Positions 12,817-24,685 of a DNA stretch of 64,000 bases are shown here, one piece after another. The notes under the pieces are model-generated. The model was not told where the DNA came from, ran no database searches, and was given only the letters and a program-made list of their open reading frames with translations. This stretch comes from Lingula anatina (taxonomy: Eukaryota; Animalia; Brachiopoda): contig JBPQGU010000016.1 in NCBI GenBank assembly GCA_051362555.1, positions 806,001 to 870,000 of the forward strand, in the 5' to 3' direction. Within the stretch, counting starts at the first letter, position 1; the number at the start of each line of letters is the position of its first letter. Made by a program: the position numbers and the translations under genes.

Positions 12817-15800
12817 GTCTCACCTGACACATACAAGTTAGGCGATAACACTTACTGCATGGCCACATTCACAACCAAAGTTGATCTGTGGATCAAATAT
12901 GGCTGACACACTTGAAAAGCTTACCACATAATCCCCGTGGGAAATCTATTCAGTGTCTGTCAGGGGATTACGTGGCAAGCTGTAAAGTGGGTTGGCCATA
13001 TTCTATCCACAGATCAACTTGAAGTGAATGTGCCCTTAAATCAATAAATCGGTCAAAGGCAGTAGAGAACAAAATAACACCCCATTGTGATAAGCAGTGC
13101 AAATTTTAAGAAGTAAATAGGATTTACTGGGATTCATTTTAAGTAAATGAGTATCTTGTTATTATATGAAAAATAAGGTAAAAATTTAGTAGTATTTGCA
13201 AGCTATGAAAGATGTGTTTAGTTAAGTGCTAAAGAACTAAGACAATTTTCCTTTTTTACACATTTTCATTGGCACTTGTAGAGGTAAGTATTTCAGTGTT
13301 AAAGTGTTTTAATGTTTCTGGTTGTTGTTTGTTGACACATGGCTGAAGGGTGCTGACTATATGAACAGTCTGTTGGTGTGTTGGCAAGAAACTTTTATCT
13401 TTCTAAAATATTTACTGATATATGAAGGTCTTTAGATTTATTTGGAAACCTGGACTTTTGGGTGTTGTATTTATGACTTCTGAACCTCCCAGTATAGAGT
13501 CGTGTTCTTTCATACAGCTCTTTCATTTTCAGGGTGTTTTTTGAAAGGTCCTCTTTCATCGCTTTTTCCTCTTTATATGTTTGCTGAACTTATTTCAAAT
13601 ATTTTTTTCCTATGAGTCAAATGTCCATATTGATTTGATTTTATTTTCCTCTAAGTCTTAGGCAAACTTTTTAGGATATTTTTTACAGAAAGTAGGATAT
13701 AGAAAAGTCATAACTTACAGATAACTGTGGTTAAAAAAATCATATCTGTAAACAACAGGCTATTGTTTGCTTCTGCCACAACTTTTGAGTCCAATAACTT
13801 CATTTATTGAAGGGTTCAATATAAGTGAAAAGCCTAATTGTTGCCACAACATTTTATCTTTTATCAACACACAATGCAGAAATAGGTTCGAAAAAAAGTG
13901 ATGTATCACACTGTCATCTCAACTGAATCATCTAACACTACTTTCTAATTCACAGCTGACATTCATAATTGACTGGAAGAATGCCAACCGCTACCCGGCG
14001 CTGATCCTTTTCTTCATCAACGCCTGTTTCTTTGTGGGCAGTATTGGGTGGTTGGCCCAGTTTATACCAGGTGCTAGACAGGATATCGTCTGCAAGGCTG
14101 ATGGAACCTTAAGAAGCGGGGAGCCAAAGATAGGGTAATGATTCAGTTCATTCCCACTTGTATACCAAATAATAATAATCATTGTGGATTTGATGTTACT
14201 TTGAAATTATGGTTTTGCTATTGATGGTCATTATTTAAAAGGCATTTCACATGTTTGATTAAAATTTTTCCCATTTTCAGGTCAGGAGAAACTGCCTCAT
14301 GCACTTTCATCTTTATATTCGTCTACTTTTCCATGATGGCTGGGGTCACATGGTTTGTCATCCTGGCATATTGCTGGCGTGTTACCTTCAAGTCTCTGGG
14401 CACTGCTCGTGATCTGATAGCAGGAAAGATCGCCTACTTTCATATCTTTGCCTGGTCTTTTCCACTGGTGCTTACTATCATATGTTTAGCTGTCACGGAG
14501 GTAGGAATGAAAGAGAAACACTTGTTGATGTGATATATTTTAATGTGATGATTTAAAACCTCTGTGGATGGCTTGAAATGTCCTTTAAGAAAGTATTCAT
14601 ATATGGTAACACATTTTATCAATTGTGATATAGGTCTGATGGAAGTTTGGCACTCACTTTGATCAAATGGCTGGTCTTTTTAGTAGGTTTTGCACAAACT
14701 TCCAATGAAGTATTTGTATTCCATATAATATGTTCTTACAGGTTTATTATAAATGTAAGATATTAAAATGAAGGAAATTTAGTTAGATATGCCATTTATC
14801 ATCACTGTCACAACCAGCACAATGTCACACCAAACACGATCACATTTTACACAATCCAAGTCATAATTCAAATCACTTTGTATGTAATCTCAACCAACAC
14901 AATCTCTCCTAACACAATTCTCTCCCATTCTTGTCTCAGGTTGATGGAGATTCCCTGAGTGGAATATGTTTTGTTGGCTATATCAACCACTGGGTCAGAG
15001 GAGTCTTTGTATTAATGCCAATAGGACTGGTAGTCACTGTGGGTCTGGTGTTTATATGTATGGGTGAGTACTGATGTCTATAGGACTGATGGTAATATGT
15101 ATGGGTGAGTACTGATGTCTATAGGACTGATGGTCATATGTATGGGTGAGTACTGATGTCTATAGGACTGATGGTTATATGTATGGGTGAGTACTGATGT
15201 CTATAGGACTGATGGTCATATGTATGGGTGAGTACTGATGTCTATAGGACTGATGGTTATATGTATGGGTGAGTACTGATGTCTATAGGACTGATGGTTA
15301 TATGTATGGGTGAGTACTGATGTCTATAGGACTGATGGTTATATGTATGGGTGAGTACTGATGTCTATAGGACTGATGGTTATATGTATGGGTGAGTACT
15401 GATGTCTATAGGACTGATGGTTATATGTATGGGTGAGTACTGATGTCTATAGGACTGATGGTTATATGTATGGGTGAGTACTGATGTCTATAGGACTGAT
15501 GGTTATATGTATGGGTGAGTACTGATGTCTATAGGACTGATGGTCATATGTATGGGTGAGTACTGATGTCTATAGGACTGATGGTCATATGTATGGGTGA
15601 GTACTGATGTCTATAGGACTGATGGTTATATGTATGGGTGAGTACTGATGTCTATAGGACTGATGGTTATATGCATGGGTGAGTACTGATGTCTATAGGG
15701 CTTCATTCACATGCAATGTCTATTTTCTAAATTCTATTTTCTATTCGCGCTATCTTATGATCACGGTCTGTGCCCTGAATATCCCGCCGCGTAATTACTG

Positions 15801-17633
15801 GCAACGCGAGCCAGTTACTTATAGTAACTTATAGAAACTGGCTCGCGCTGCCAGTAATTACCCCGCGGGATATTCAGGGCACAGACCGTGATCATAAGAC
15901 ATACCGCGAATAGAAAATAGAATTTAGAAAATAGACATTGCATGTGAATGAAGCCTAGGACTGATGGTTATATGCATGGGTGAGTACTGATGTCTATAGG
16001 ACTGATGGTCAGCTGTATGGGTGAGTACTGATGTCTATAGGACTGATGGTTATATGTATGGGTGAGTACTGATGTCTATAGGACTGATGGTTATATGTAT
16101 GGGTGAGTACTGATGTCTATAGGACTGATGGTTATATGTATGGGTGAGTACTGATGTCTATAGGACTGATGGTCATATGTATGGGTGAGTACTGATGTCT
16201 ATAGGACTGATGGTTATATGCATGGGTGAGTGGTTGAAAAATAATCCAAAGTTTGCAGACGTATGTAGACTTCATCATGTTTGTGTTGATTTTTGTGCAA
16301 ATTCATCATTGAACAGATGGAAAAGGTTTTCTGTGACTTGAACTAGCTCTTATGTTTTACAACAAATTATTGATGGAAAAGTTTTTTTTTCTTTGCATGT
16401 TTGCTTTTGATAAGTCTTTTTACTCCAGTTTGAAATGTGTAAATATTTGCATTTAGTAAATAGAACTGGACCAGGTGTAAAATTATCCATTGGGTGAGCA
16501 TTTTATGTTGCAGAAAATGATTAAAAATAAAATTTACCTTTTGTAAAAAAAATGTTTAAAAAAAAAATGAAAAGGGAGCAAAGAGGATATGGTTTTAGAC
16601 TAGTCATTTGTATGTAAACAGAGTTTTAAAAAAGTTATAATTGTATTATTTCAGGCCTGGCCACACTGTGCAAACTCCGTAAAGAAAGTCCCGGAGTGGT
16701 CAGCAATAAAGCTACAGCCAAAATCATGGAAACTATATTTAGATTAGGTGAGATTCAGTGTAAGCTGAAACTAGGCATAGACTAGTGTTTTAGACCCCAT
16801 TCCCGGAGATTAGATCGATCCAACTAGATCGACCTAACTCCCTGGGGGTTCACGCTAAATAGCTGTCAGCCAAGCGGGCACGACAGTTAATTACCCCCTT
16901 ACAGCTTGTAGAAGGCAGGACAGACATTTAAGCTGGATTATCTGACAGTAATCTAGTGAGACTCCCCACGGGGATAGATCAATCTAAAATCTATGGGAAT
17001 GCGCCCTGAGATCTTTGCTTAATGCCTAAGATAATTTGGTGTAAAAAAATTAATATTTTGGCACTGCGTCATATGTTCCCTGATGGTGGTAACAAAAGTT
17101 ATTGCCTCTTGTTTCTTATATATTAGAATGTTATCTGTTTATTTATTTATTTGAAAATCCTGTCCTATTAAAATGCAGCATTCCTTTGAGGAAAATTCCC
17201 AAAGGATGTCTACTTAAATTTGGGAAAGATTTGGAATTCTTTTCTCACTATTTCCAGGTGTATTTGCGGTGCTTTCCATAGTCTTCTCATTCATCACATT
17301 GATAGTACACATCTATATGTTTACTTGGGAGTCAACCTGGTATGAGGCCTTCAAGGAATATACAGTGTAAGTTAACAAATATGCCTAGAAAATTAAAAAA
17401 AAAACTATGAGGTGTTTTCTTGAATGTTCATTTGAAATAAAGGTCTCAGAAGGTGAAAACTAAGAAAGCAAAAGTGAACTGTGTAGGCATAAGATGAACC
17501 TGAACCTATTCAGCAGGAAGCTTTCAAGAAATGTACAAATTTGAAAGCCATAGTGCACAGCTTGGGTATCATAAACTACAGGAAATAATGGAATTTTAGA
17601 GAAAGGCAATTCAATATTTGTGTGTGTGCCAGA

Positions 17634-17710
<77 letters not shown>

Positions 17711-20304
17711 TCACTCATATCCAATCATTGTCTCACAGGTGTAAAGCCACATCAGAACTGACAGGGGATAAGACGCAGTGTGAGCTGACCAGTCGTCCCA
17801 GTCTGGCCGCGGTACAGATCCACATCTTTGCCTACTTTGGTGCTGGTATAGCCATGAGTTCCTGGGTCTGGAATAAAGCCACCCTGGATGCTTGGAAGAG
17901 GTTCTTTAGAAGGTAAGAGCTATGGGTCTGGAATAAAGCCACCCTGGATGCTTGGAAGAGGTTCTTTAGAAGGTAAGAGCTATGGGTGTATAAAGCCACC
18001 CTGGGCCCCATAACTCGAAAGCATCTCGCATTGCAACCGAGGGTAAACGTCTTGATTTCATAACTTGTCCATACACGTCCCCCTCAATGTGATATCGCTT
18101 TTTGCAATGCTTTCTATGTTACGGAGCCCTGGATGCTTGGAAGAGGTTCTTTAGAAGGTAAAAACTTAAATCATGAGAACTTGTGTAGAAGCATCAACCA
18201 ATGGATTTTATATCATAAATGCAAATGATATAATGTACATCACTATAATGATCATCCATTTCAAGTTAAAAGATAGATTTAAAGAGTATAAGAAAATATA
18301 ACTTTCATGACTGATTTTTTTGGCAGATGAAGCAGTCTGACTGACCTCATTTATTAATAAATAGTTGTCTCATATTAAAATGTTTTTCATTCATAAAAAA
18401 GTAATAAGATGTGCATCATAACATTACAGGGTATTTCGTATTGCTGACAACAAGCCAGTCAAGTTAAAGAAACACAAGATGATAGCTCAGGCGTTTGCTA
18501 AGAGGAGGGATGTCAACAATGGGCGCATGTCCGTAAGCTTCTGCAGTACCCATGATGATCCGTTGGGTGAGTGTACACACGTGTAGCACGTACTCCTTTG
18601 CATGCACTGCACATTCATAATGATAAAATGTGACAAATATGCTTGATTGAACTGGCATGTTGTTCAAGAATTTAAAAGAAAAAAGTTTCAGATATCTCTA
18701 TTTCTTGCACAAATTTTAAATGCTTTAAACTTCAAGTTGTGAAATACAAACTGACACAAGGTCCTCCTCATACACATTTCATATCAGATATGAAATTCTG
18801 CTTTGACATAAATTGGCACACCATGTATGAGGTAAAACTTTATTATGTCAGCAGTGATACAGATTTCTCCTTTCTGTATATATTACCTGATGAAAAAATG
18901 ACTTGACAAGGGTATCTCCTTGACAACAACAGCAGTATCTCCATGACAACAACGGCAATATCTCCTTGACAGCAGTATCTCCTTGACAACAATATTACCT
19001 TGACAGTAATAATACATAAAGTTCCCATTCTACATATGTATTAAAAATTCACACTCATGTACATTCCAGGTATGAAGTTTGACTTGAACAGTGTCACGTC
19101 AGCTGACATGTCGTCACAGTGGGTCCAAGCCATGCCTAACTTGGTGCGTCGCAGGGGAGGAATGATCCACCCCACAGCAGGTACCCTTCGCAGGTACTCA
19201 GACTCAGGTATGTACTGCCAGTTTAGGAGTTTTAAGGATATTGCTTTTAAGCCTGAAATTCCTCACAGAACATAAGTTGTATAATTCAGCTTGAGTGGAA
19301 AGGCATTGGTATAAACCCTGAAGTCCATGGAGCACGTTCCAAGCAGCTATGCAAATTTATGATTCAGAATTTTAAAAAATTAAAATTTCGAAATAAAGTG
19401 GGTTGTTCCGTGAACTGAAAATTAATGCTGAAAAAGTATTATTCACTGACTTTGAAATCTTAAAAAAAAAATAGTAATAATAATAGGAATTTTAAAAAAG
19501 TGTTTGACCATGAAAATGTCAAATTCTTCAATGATTTTACCACCAGATCTCACTATTATTCCAGACATTCAGTCTATAGCATCTAGGAGATTGTCAATAG
19601 ACTCCCAAGTCAGTGTACAAAGAGACAAAGAAGAAACCAAGAAAAAGAAGAAAAAGCGTGGAAGAAAAAACAGAATAGCGCCAGTGGCTCTTCCTCCCAG
19701 TTCGCGCCGCGGGAGTGACAGCCAGACCTGGGTCAGTAAGGGGCAACACCAGGAGGCGAGACGCGCCAGCGATACCTCCGTCATCACCAACGCCTCCGCC
19801 CACAGTATTAAAGTCTCTATGGAGAAACTGGCTAGTTCCATAGAGAGTCTCCACATGATGTTGTGTGCTACCAAAGGGGAGGGACTGGGAAGAGGGAGGG
19901 ATAGTTTCAAGAGGGAGGGACCCCTTGGGAGTGGAGGGAAAAAAGGGACCAAAAAAGAAATTTTGGGGGGACCAAGGACTCAGCCCCCTCCTGTGCCCCT
20001 AGCTACCTATTCTCTTTTCACAGCCAGTGCCTACGTCCCACAGACGGTGGAAATGGTCGATCTCGATGGCTCAGAGAATTACGAGTTGGATATAGAAGAA
20101 GCAGTGGCGCCACCTGTCCAGCAACAAACACCAACCAAACAGGAGCGTGCCACACCCATGTCAGCAGCGTCCAAGAGGAGTGGTCGAGATAGTGGGCGCC
20201 ACAGTCAGGTCCCAAGCGGTCACTCTTATCCTACCGATGTCGTTGTCCATGTTGACAGTCGAACTGATGACGAGAGAGATGAAGGACTGGAGTCATCCTC
20301 TTAG
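10247..20304 (+). CDS. smo: Smoothened (Hedgehog-pathway class F GPCR), 11 coding exons, about 894 aa
   Basis: Exons 10247-10807, 12569-12778, 13956-14134, 14281-14500, 14940-15063, 16655-16747, 17258-17366, 17739-17912, 18430-18566, 19070-19207 and 19565-20304 have GT-AG boundaries and consistent phases (2685 nt). Signal peptide, Frizzled CRD ([23 protein letters not shown]), [33 protein letters not shown] and [12 protein letters not shown] are Smo-diagnostic. Confidence 0.96.
12569..12778 (+). CDS. smo: Smoothened coding exon 2 (linker, TM1)
   Basis: tttcag|[27 protein letters not shown]|gtagg. Confidence 0.92.
12861..13035. mobile_element. Degenerate palindromic MITE in Smo intron
   Basis: cacattcac/gtgaatgtg, agttgatctgtggat/atccacagatcaact, taatcccc/ggggatta inverted pairs. 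Confidence 0.65.
13956..14134 (+). CDS. smo: Smoothened coding exon 3 (ICL1, TM2); absent from ORF track
   Basis: cacag|[52 protein letters not shown]|gtaatg. Confidence 0.92.
14281..14500 (+). CDS. smo: Smoothened coding exon 4 (TM3-TM4)
   Basis: tttcag|[32 protein letters not shown]|gtagg. Confidence 0.92.
14940..15063 (+). CDS. smo: Smoothened coding exon 5 (ECL2, TM5)
   Basis: ctcag|[34 protein letters not shown]|gtgagt. Confidence 0.92.
15055..16231 (+). repeat. 41-bp minisatellite made from the Smo exon 5 donor junction (23 donor copies)
   Basis: Unit gtgagtactgatgtctatag-gactgatggttatatgtatgg; donors at 15064+41n (16 copies), then 7 more after the MITE. Confidence 0.95.
15699..15955. 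mobile_element. Palindromic (foldback) MITE, 257 bp, 3-bp TSD TAG (Harbinger-like)
   Basis: ggcttcattcacatgcaatgtc ... gacattgcatgtgaatgaagcc; near-perfect arms; neighbouring repeat units show the empty site. Confidence 0.88.
16655..16747 (+). CDS. smo: Smoothened coding exon 6 (ICL3)
   Basis: ttcag|[30 protein letters not shown]|gtgag. Confidence 0.88.
   Translation, partial: AWPHCANSVKKVPEWSAIKLQPKSWKLYLD
16793..17007. mobile_element. Degenerate palindromic MITE in Smo intron
   Basis: cattccc..ttagatcgatc versus gatcaatctaa..gggaatg; ctgtcag/ctgacag. Confidence 0.5.
17258..17366 (+). CDS. smo: Smoothened coding exon 7 (TM6, ECL3)
   Basis: ttccag|[35 protein letters not shown]|gtaagt. 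Confidence 0.88.
17637..17708. repeat. (GT)n(GA)n microsatellite just before Smo exon 8
   Basis: Direct reading. Confidence 0.95.
17739..17912 (+). CDS. smo: Smoothened coding exon 8 (TM7, helix 8)
   Basis: cacag|[34 protein letters not shown]|gtaag. Confidence 0.92.
17863..18160 (+). repeat. About 60-bp triplication of the Smo exon 8 3' end and donor
   Basis: tgggtctggaataaagccaccctggatgcttggaagaggttctttagaag|gtaa three times; third copy split by a MITE. Confidence 0.9.
18004..18128. mobile_element. Small MITE, 125 bp, TSD CTG (Harbinger-like)
   Basis: ctg[ggccccataac...gttacggagcc]ctg; empty site visible in adjacent repeat copies. Confidence 0.75.
18430..18566 (+). CDS. smo: Smoothened coding exon 9 (proximal C-tail)
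   Basis: tacag|[45 protein letters not shown]|gtgagt. Confidence 0.9.
19070..19207 (+). CDS. smo: Smoothened coding exon 10
   Basis: ttccag|[40 protein letters not shown]|gtatgt. Confidence 0.9.
19565..20304 (+). CDS. smo: Smoothened last coding exon (distal C-tail)
   Basis: ttccag|[11 protein letters not shown]... to TAG at 20302-20304. A second in-frame acceptor 18 nt upstream (AG ending 19546) is also possible. Confidence 0.85.
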
Positions 20305-23300
20305 CTTAGCAAGGAAAGGCATGATGTGATTCTTGATCTGGGATTAAAACTTATAAGCTTGAGATCAATTTTGGGTGATTGATCATGGCATGACTGAGGA
20401 CAGTTATTTTGACTAGCAAATGATGTGCCTTTAGAGGAATAAACATAATGGAAAGCAATAATTGAAAAGCAGAGAGGTTGACAGTCTTGTGACAAAAATG
20501 CTGAATTCCCAATGTTTACCTGACAGCAAAGCAATATGTCTCAGCAGTGAAAAGAAATTTATACCAATAGGACTGACTTCTACAGTGGGTATATTGCAAT
20601 ACAGTAGTGTTTAATGTTAAGGTTTTGTCCTTACAATAAGTGTTTGTAGTTCATTTGGTGTTTGTAGTTTACATTGACGGGTATCCATTTTTTCCTGTTG
20701 GAGGACGGTCAAAATTGGAGGATGAATCAACAAAGATATTTTGGAAGACTGTCAGTAAATAGCTCTGGATCCGCCCCTGTTTATATCACTAGAATCTAGT
20801 AAAATTCAGCACATTTTACTGTCACAAAAATACATTGATTTAGCAGTGGTACAGAAGCGTCTTAGATCCATATAATATTTATTATAAAATTTTTAAAACT
20901 AAATACTGCGTGCATATTCTTTGTAGGGGCCAGTTATGTTTGTTGCTACCACTTGTATGCGTTTTAGATCTGGAAGTACCTTGCCATATGTGCCTCAGAA
21001 TACTCCTTTAATTAATACTTGATATGAAAATACTTGAACTATTATTAGTATTATTATTATTTTACAGCTATGATTGAATACTCACAACTTAATTCATGAT
21101 GGTGCATTAGACCTTGACATTAATAAATGACCTTGACATAACAGAATGGTGACCTTGACCAATATTGGTGATCTCGCAACTTGCCATGACAGACTCAGTT
21201 GTATTTTCATATTGTTGTACAGTTGTCATACTCTCTTTACGTGACACCTTTGAAATATATGAAATCATTACTAGTTAGCATAAACTGATTTAATTTTGTA
21301 GCATTTTAGATAGCTAGCAGAATAGTTTAGATTTTTAAATTTTATACATGCAAATGCAGAAATAGGTATTTTTTAGTTAGCGTAAGTGCTCTACTGTGTG
21401 GGGTTATATTTTTGTTTGGAGAATGCCACTTTATATTGACCATTCTTAGTTATGGATATTTCTGTACCATTTGTTTCTGTGTTACTCAAAAGATAAAATG
21501 AAGTTTGTTTGTAAATCTGGGTAGTGATATATGTTGAAGGAAGCCCAAACAAGAGAATGACCATGACTTTAAGGACATCATCTCAGATACAAAAGATTGG
21601 TTTAAACTAGCTTTCAGCAGTAACTTCTTAGAGTGCTGTGTAAATACTCAAAAAAATTGGTGCATACTTACTGCTTCCATGACTCAATATTTTACAATTT
21701 TTTTATAAGTTATTATAATTAGTATTTATGTAATTTTTTCGCAAATGTTCACAGTACAAGGCATATGGAAGTTTTATTTTTCTTTTAGTTCTTTGAACTA
21801 AATGCTTTGTATTAATTTTTTAATCATTTAAGGGTCCCAAGTTAAATGGTTTTGTTTATTACCATGTGTTCCAGTTAAATGATTTTGGATCAAAAACCTG
21901 AATAATACTCAGCTGGTTTATGTCATGGTGACACAAAGAATTTACTCTGAAAAATACTCATTTTTCATTTAAAGTTACTAGTAGTAGTAGTATTAGTAGT
22001 AGTAGTAGTAGAATATTGCACTTGCTTATTTAGTGCATTTTAATGTAGGTTTTACCAAGAATTCCTGGTGTTATTCATATAAGCATGTGTATGAATATGT
22101 GCAGTGGATATTTTAAATATCCTTACTTGAAATTTTTATATAGGTATATTATTGATGATCTTTAAACATACTATAGATGACCTTGACCCATCTAAGGTAT
22201 GACCTTGACCCAATTTGGTGGTATTTTTCTTGTTTATTAATGGTATGCAAAACAGAGCCTGAATATTTCTACTTTTAAATCATTCAGTACTTATTGATCC
22301 CCATAGATACCATGGAGAATGTTCTTGATAAAATGGGGGTGATGACAGTAGCAAGTTGGTAATACAGTATTTGACAAATTTGCTCTTATATTCTAGAAAT
22401 ATTTCAAAGAAGCATTTAAGATGTAGCCTGTCATGATAAATAGTGATTTTTTGGGGAATTTATTTTTAAATGCGGCTTTTGACAGATACTAGAATCTCTT
22501 AACCGTGGAATCTCAACTCCCCCTCCCCTCCCCTCAGTTGTGCAATATGCTTCACTTTAACAGTTACATATTATATGTAACAGACTTGGTTTTTCTTTGA
22601 ATTTGTGCTGTTGTAAGTTATATATTATATATACTATAATGCTTTATATTGTTTTTCTTTGTCATATCGTCCAGTTGGAATGTAAGTTTTATTATTTTAT
22701 CTATTATGGGTCTAAGGTTAGAAAGCTTGCATGTTATATAGGATGTTTTTTGGCTCGATTATTTCTAACAGGAAAAATTATCAATTAAATCAAATGATTG
22801 AGCCATCACTGTAAAAAAAATACTGTCTCTCATTCTTGAATCCCTCTTGATTATTACCAATAATCACCAGTTATTAGAGTTAAAGATTGTAATGTATTAG
22901 AGTTAAAGATTCTTATGTTTTGTGAATTGTTTGACATTTGAGAATGGTCTTCTGTATTAATCTGGAATCCAGAGATTATTTTGGTGCATTTGTGCCCCAC
23001 TTTCCTCTTTAATTTGGGACGTTTTGAAAAGGAAGGTGCTTGCCATGTGAGGTTTAAAAAGGTCAAGTCTGCTTTGTGGCAATATTTTCTTTGAAATAAG
23101 CACAGAAATTAAAATTGAGGAAGTTATAAACGGAAGTAAAAATTACTGACTTCAAAAGAAATTGAAATTTCCAATGATATTGGACATTGTAAGAAATGAT
23201 CCCAGCATTTCAAAACAATAGTGTACTAGCACAAGTTATTTTGTCTGTTACAAGTTCAGTAGTAAACATACGGGATGTTTATGAGTAGATTTTTCTTATC

Positions 23301-24256
23301 AGTAAAAACGATTTGCATATCATATCTGACATTTTATCTATCTTTATTTTCAAATTTCAAAAGTTTCATATAAGTAGTAGTAAAATAAAAAATAAAGTAT
23401 ATATTAGATCAAACGATATTGTATTGTTTCTGCTTTTGAAAAGGTCATCTTAACATTTCTAGTGGGAATTATTTGGGGTGCCAGTCATTTAACAATCTTC
23501 GCCATATTTTTAAATATTATAATTTTTCAATCGTATATCTGTGGTGAATTTAGGACAATTCCCCCCAGGGAAGTCCCCCCCCCCCCCAAAAAAAAAATAT
23601 ATATATATATTCGTACACAAATATAAAGTACTGTAAAAACTATAAAGGTTAAAACATTCCATCCATTTTATTAATATTTGAATGTGATAATGCGTCTTCA
23701 TCGTGAAACAAGTTATTTTATAACAAATTCCTTTTCATTGAGTACAACTACAGAAAGTTTTATTACATATCTAGTCAAAGTTTAACCACCTATCCTTCTG
23801 GTAAAGGTGATGTAAACAGATGAACAGGTAAACAGATAGTTTGTGAATATTTTCAGTGTGGTGGGTAGTGGTCAAGCAATTCAAAGTGACAAATAATCAA
23901 AGGGATACCTGGATAAGCAAGAGGATCTGTTTACCCCACCTCAACCTAGAGATGTACGTTGATTCAAGACTTACTCAATCAAGGAGGGGGGGATAATAAA
24001 GCAATTAAAAGTAAAACAATTCATCAAAAGGTTACCTGGATGAGTGAGATCGTCCGTTTACCCCAACTTTACCTGAAGATATAGTTTGATCAGATTTTAA
24101 ATAAAATGTTCTGTGCTTCTTTCCCTAAAATCTTCTGTACTTGTTCTTCACGAAAATAATTTGTTTAATGAAATAAATATTATCTATTCTCGAGTTGCAT
24201 CATCACACTAAGAAATATTCAGAAAATGGATGAAAAAAATGAACTTTCTACTCTTT

Positions 24257-24323
<67 letters not shown>

Positions 24324-24580
24324 CTTCTGGAGGGAATCGTCCAGGGGGGGGGGGGGATTGTGCGGGAGGGAGGATTATATGAAAGCACTGTGCTATATGA
24401 CAAGCTTTCTCTGGAAAAAAGGTTGAAGCCTTCCATCAGAACTCTCCAAGGCTTTCAGTAATCTTCTAGAGCTGTGCTTAGTCATCATCGTGTCATCATA
24501 TAAGGCATCAGCAACAGTGGAAGGGGCTTCTGTATGATTAACTTCAAATTGCTCAGGTACACCTTTCTTATGCGCTGTTT

Positions 24581-24647
24581 TTATGTACAGACACAGATGT
24601 GTCTGTACATATAGCCGTCATCTGCGTCTGTCGTCGCCGTCGTCGCT

Positions 24648-24685
<38 letters not shown>

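Noticed and set aside
15055-16231. CRISPR array
   Set aside because: Head-to-tail 41-bp minisatellite derived from the exon junction, with no spacers.
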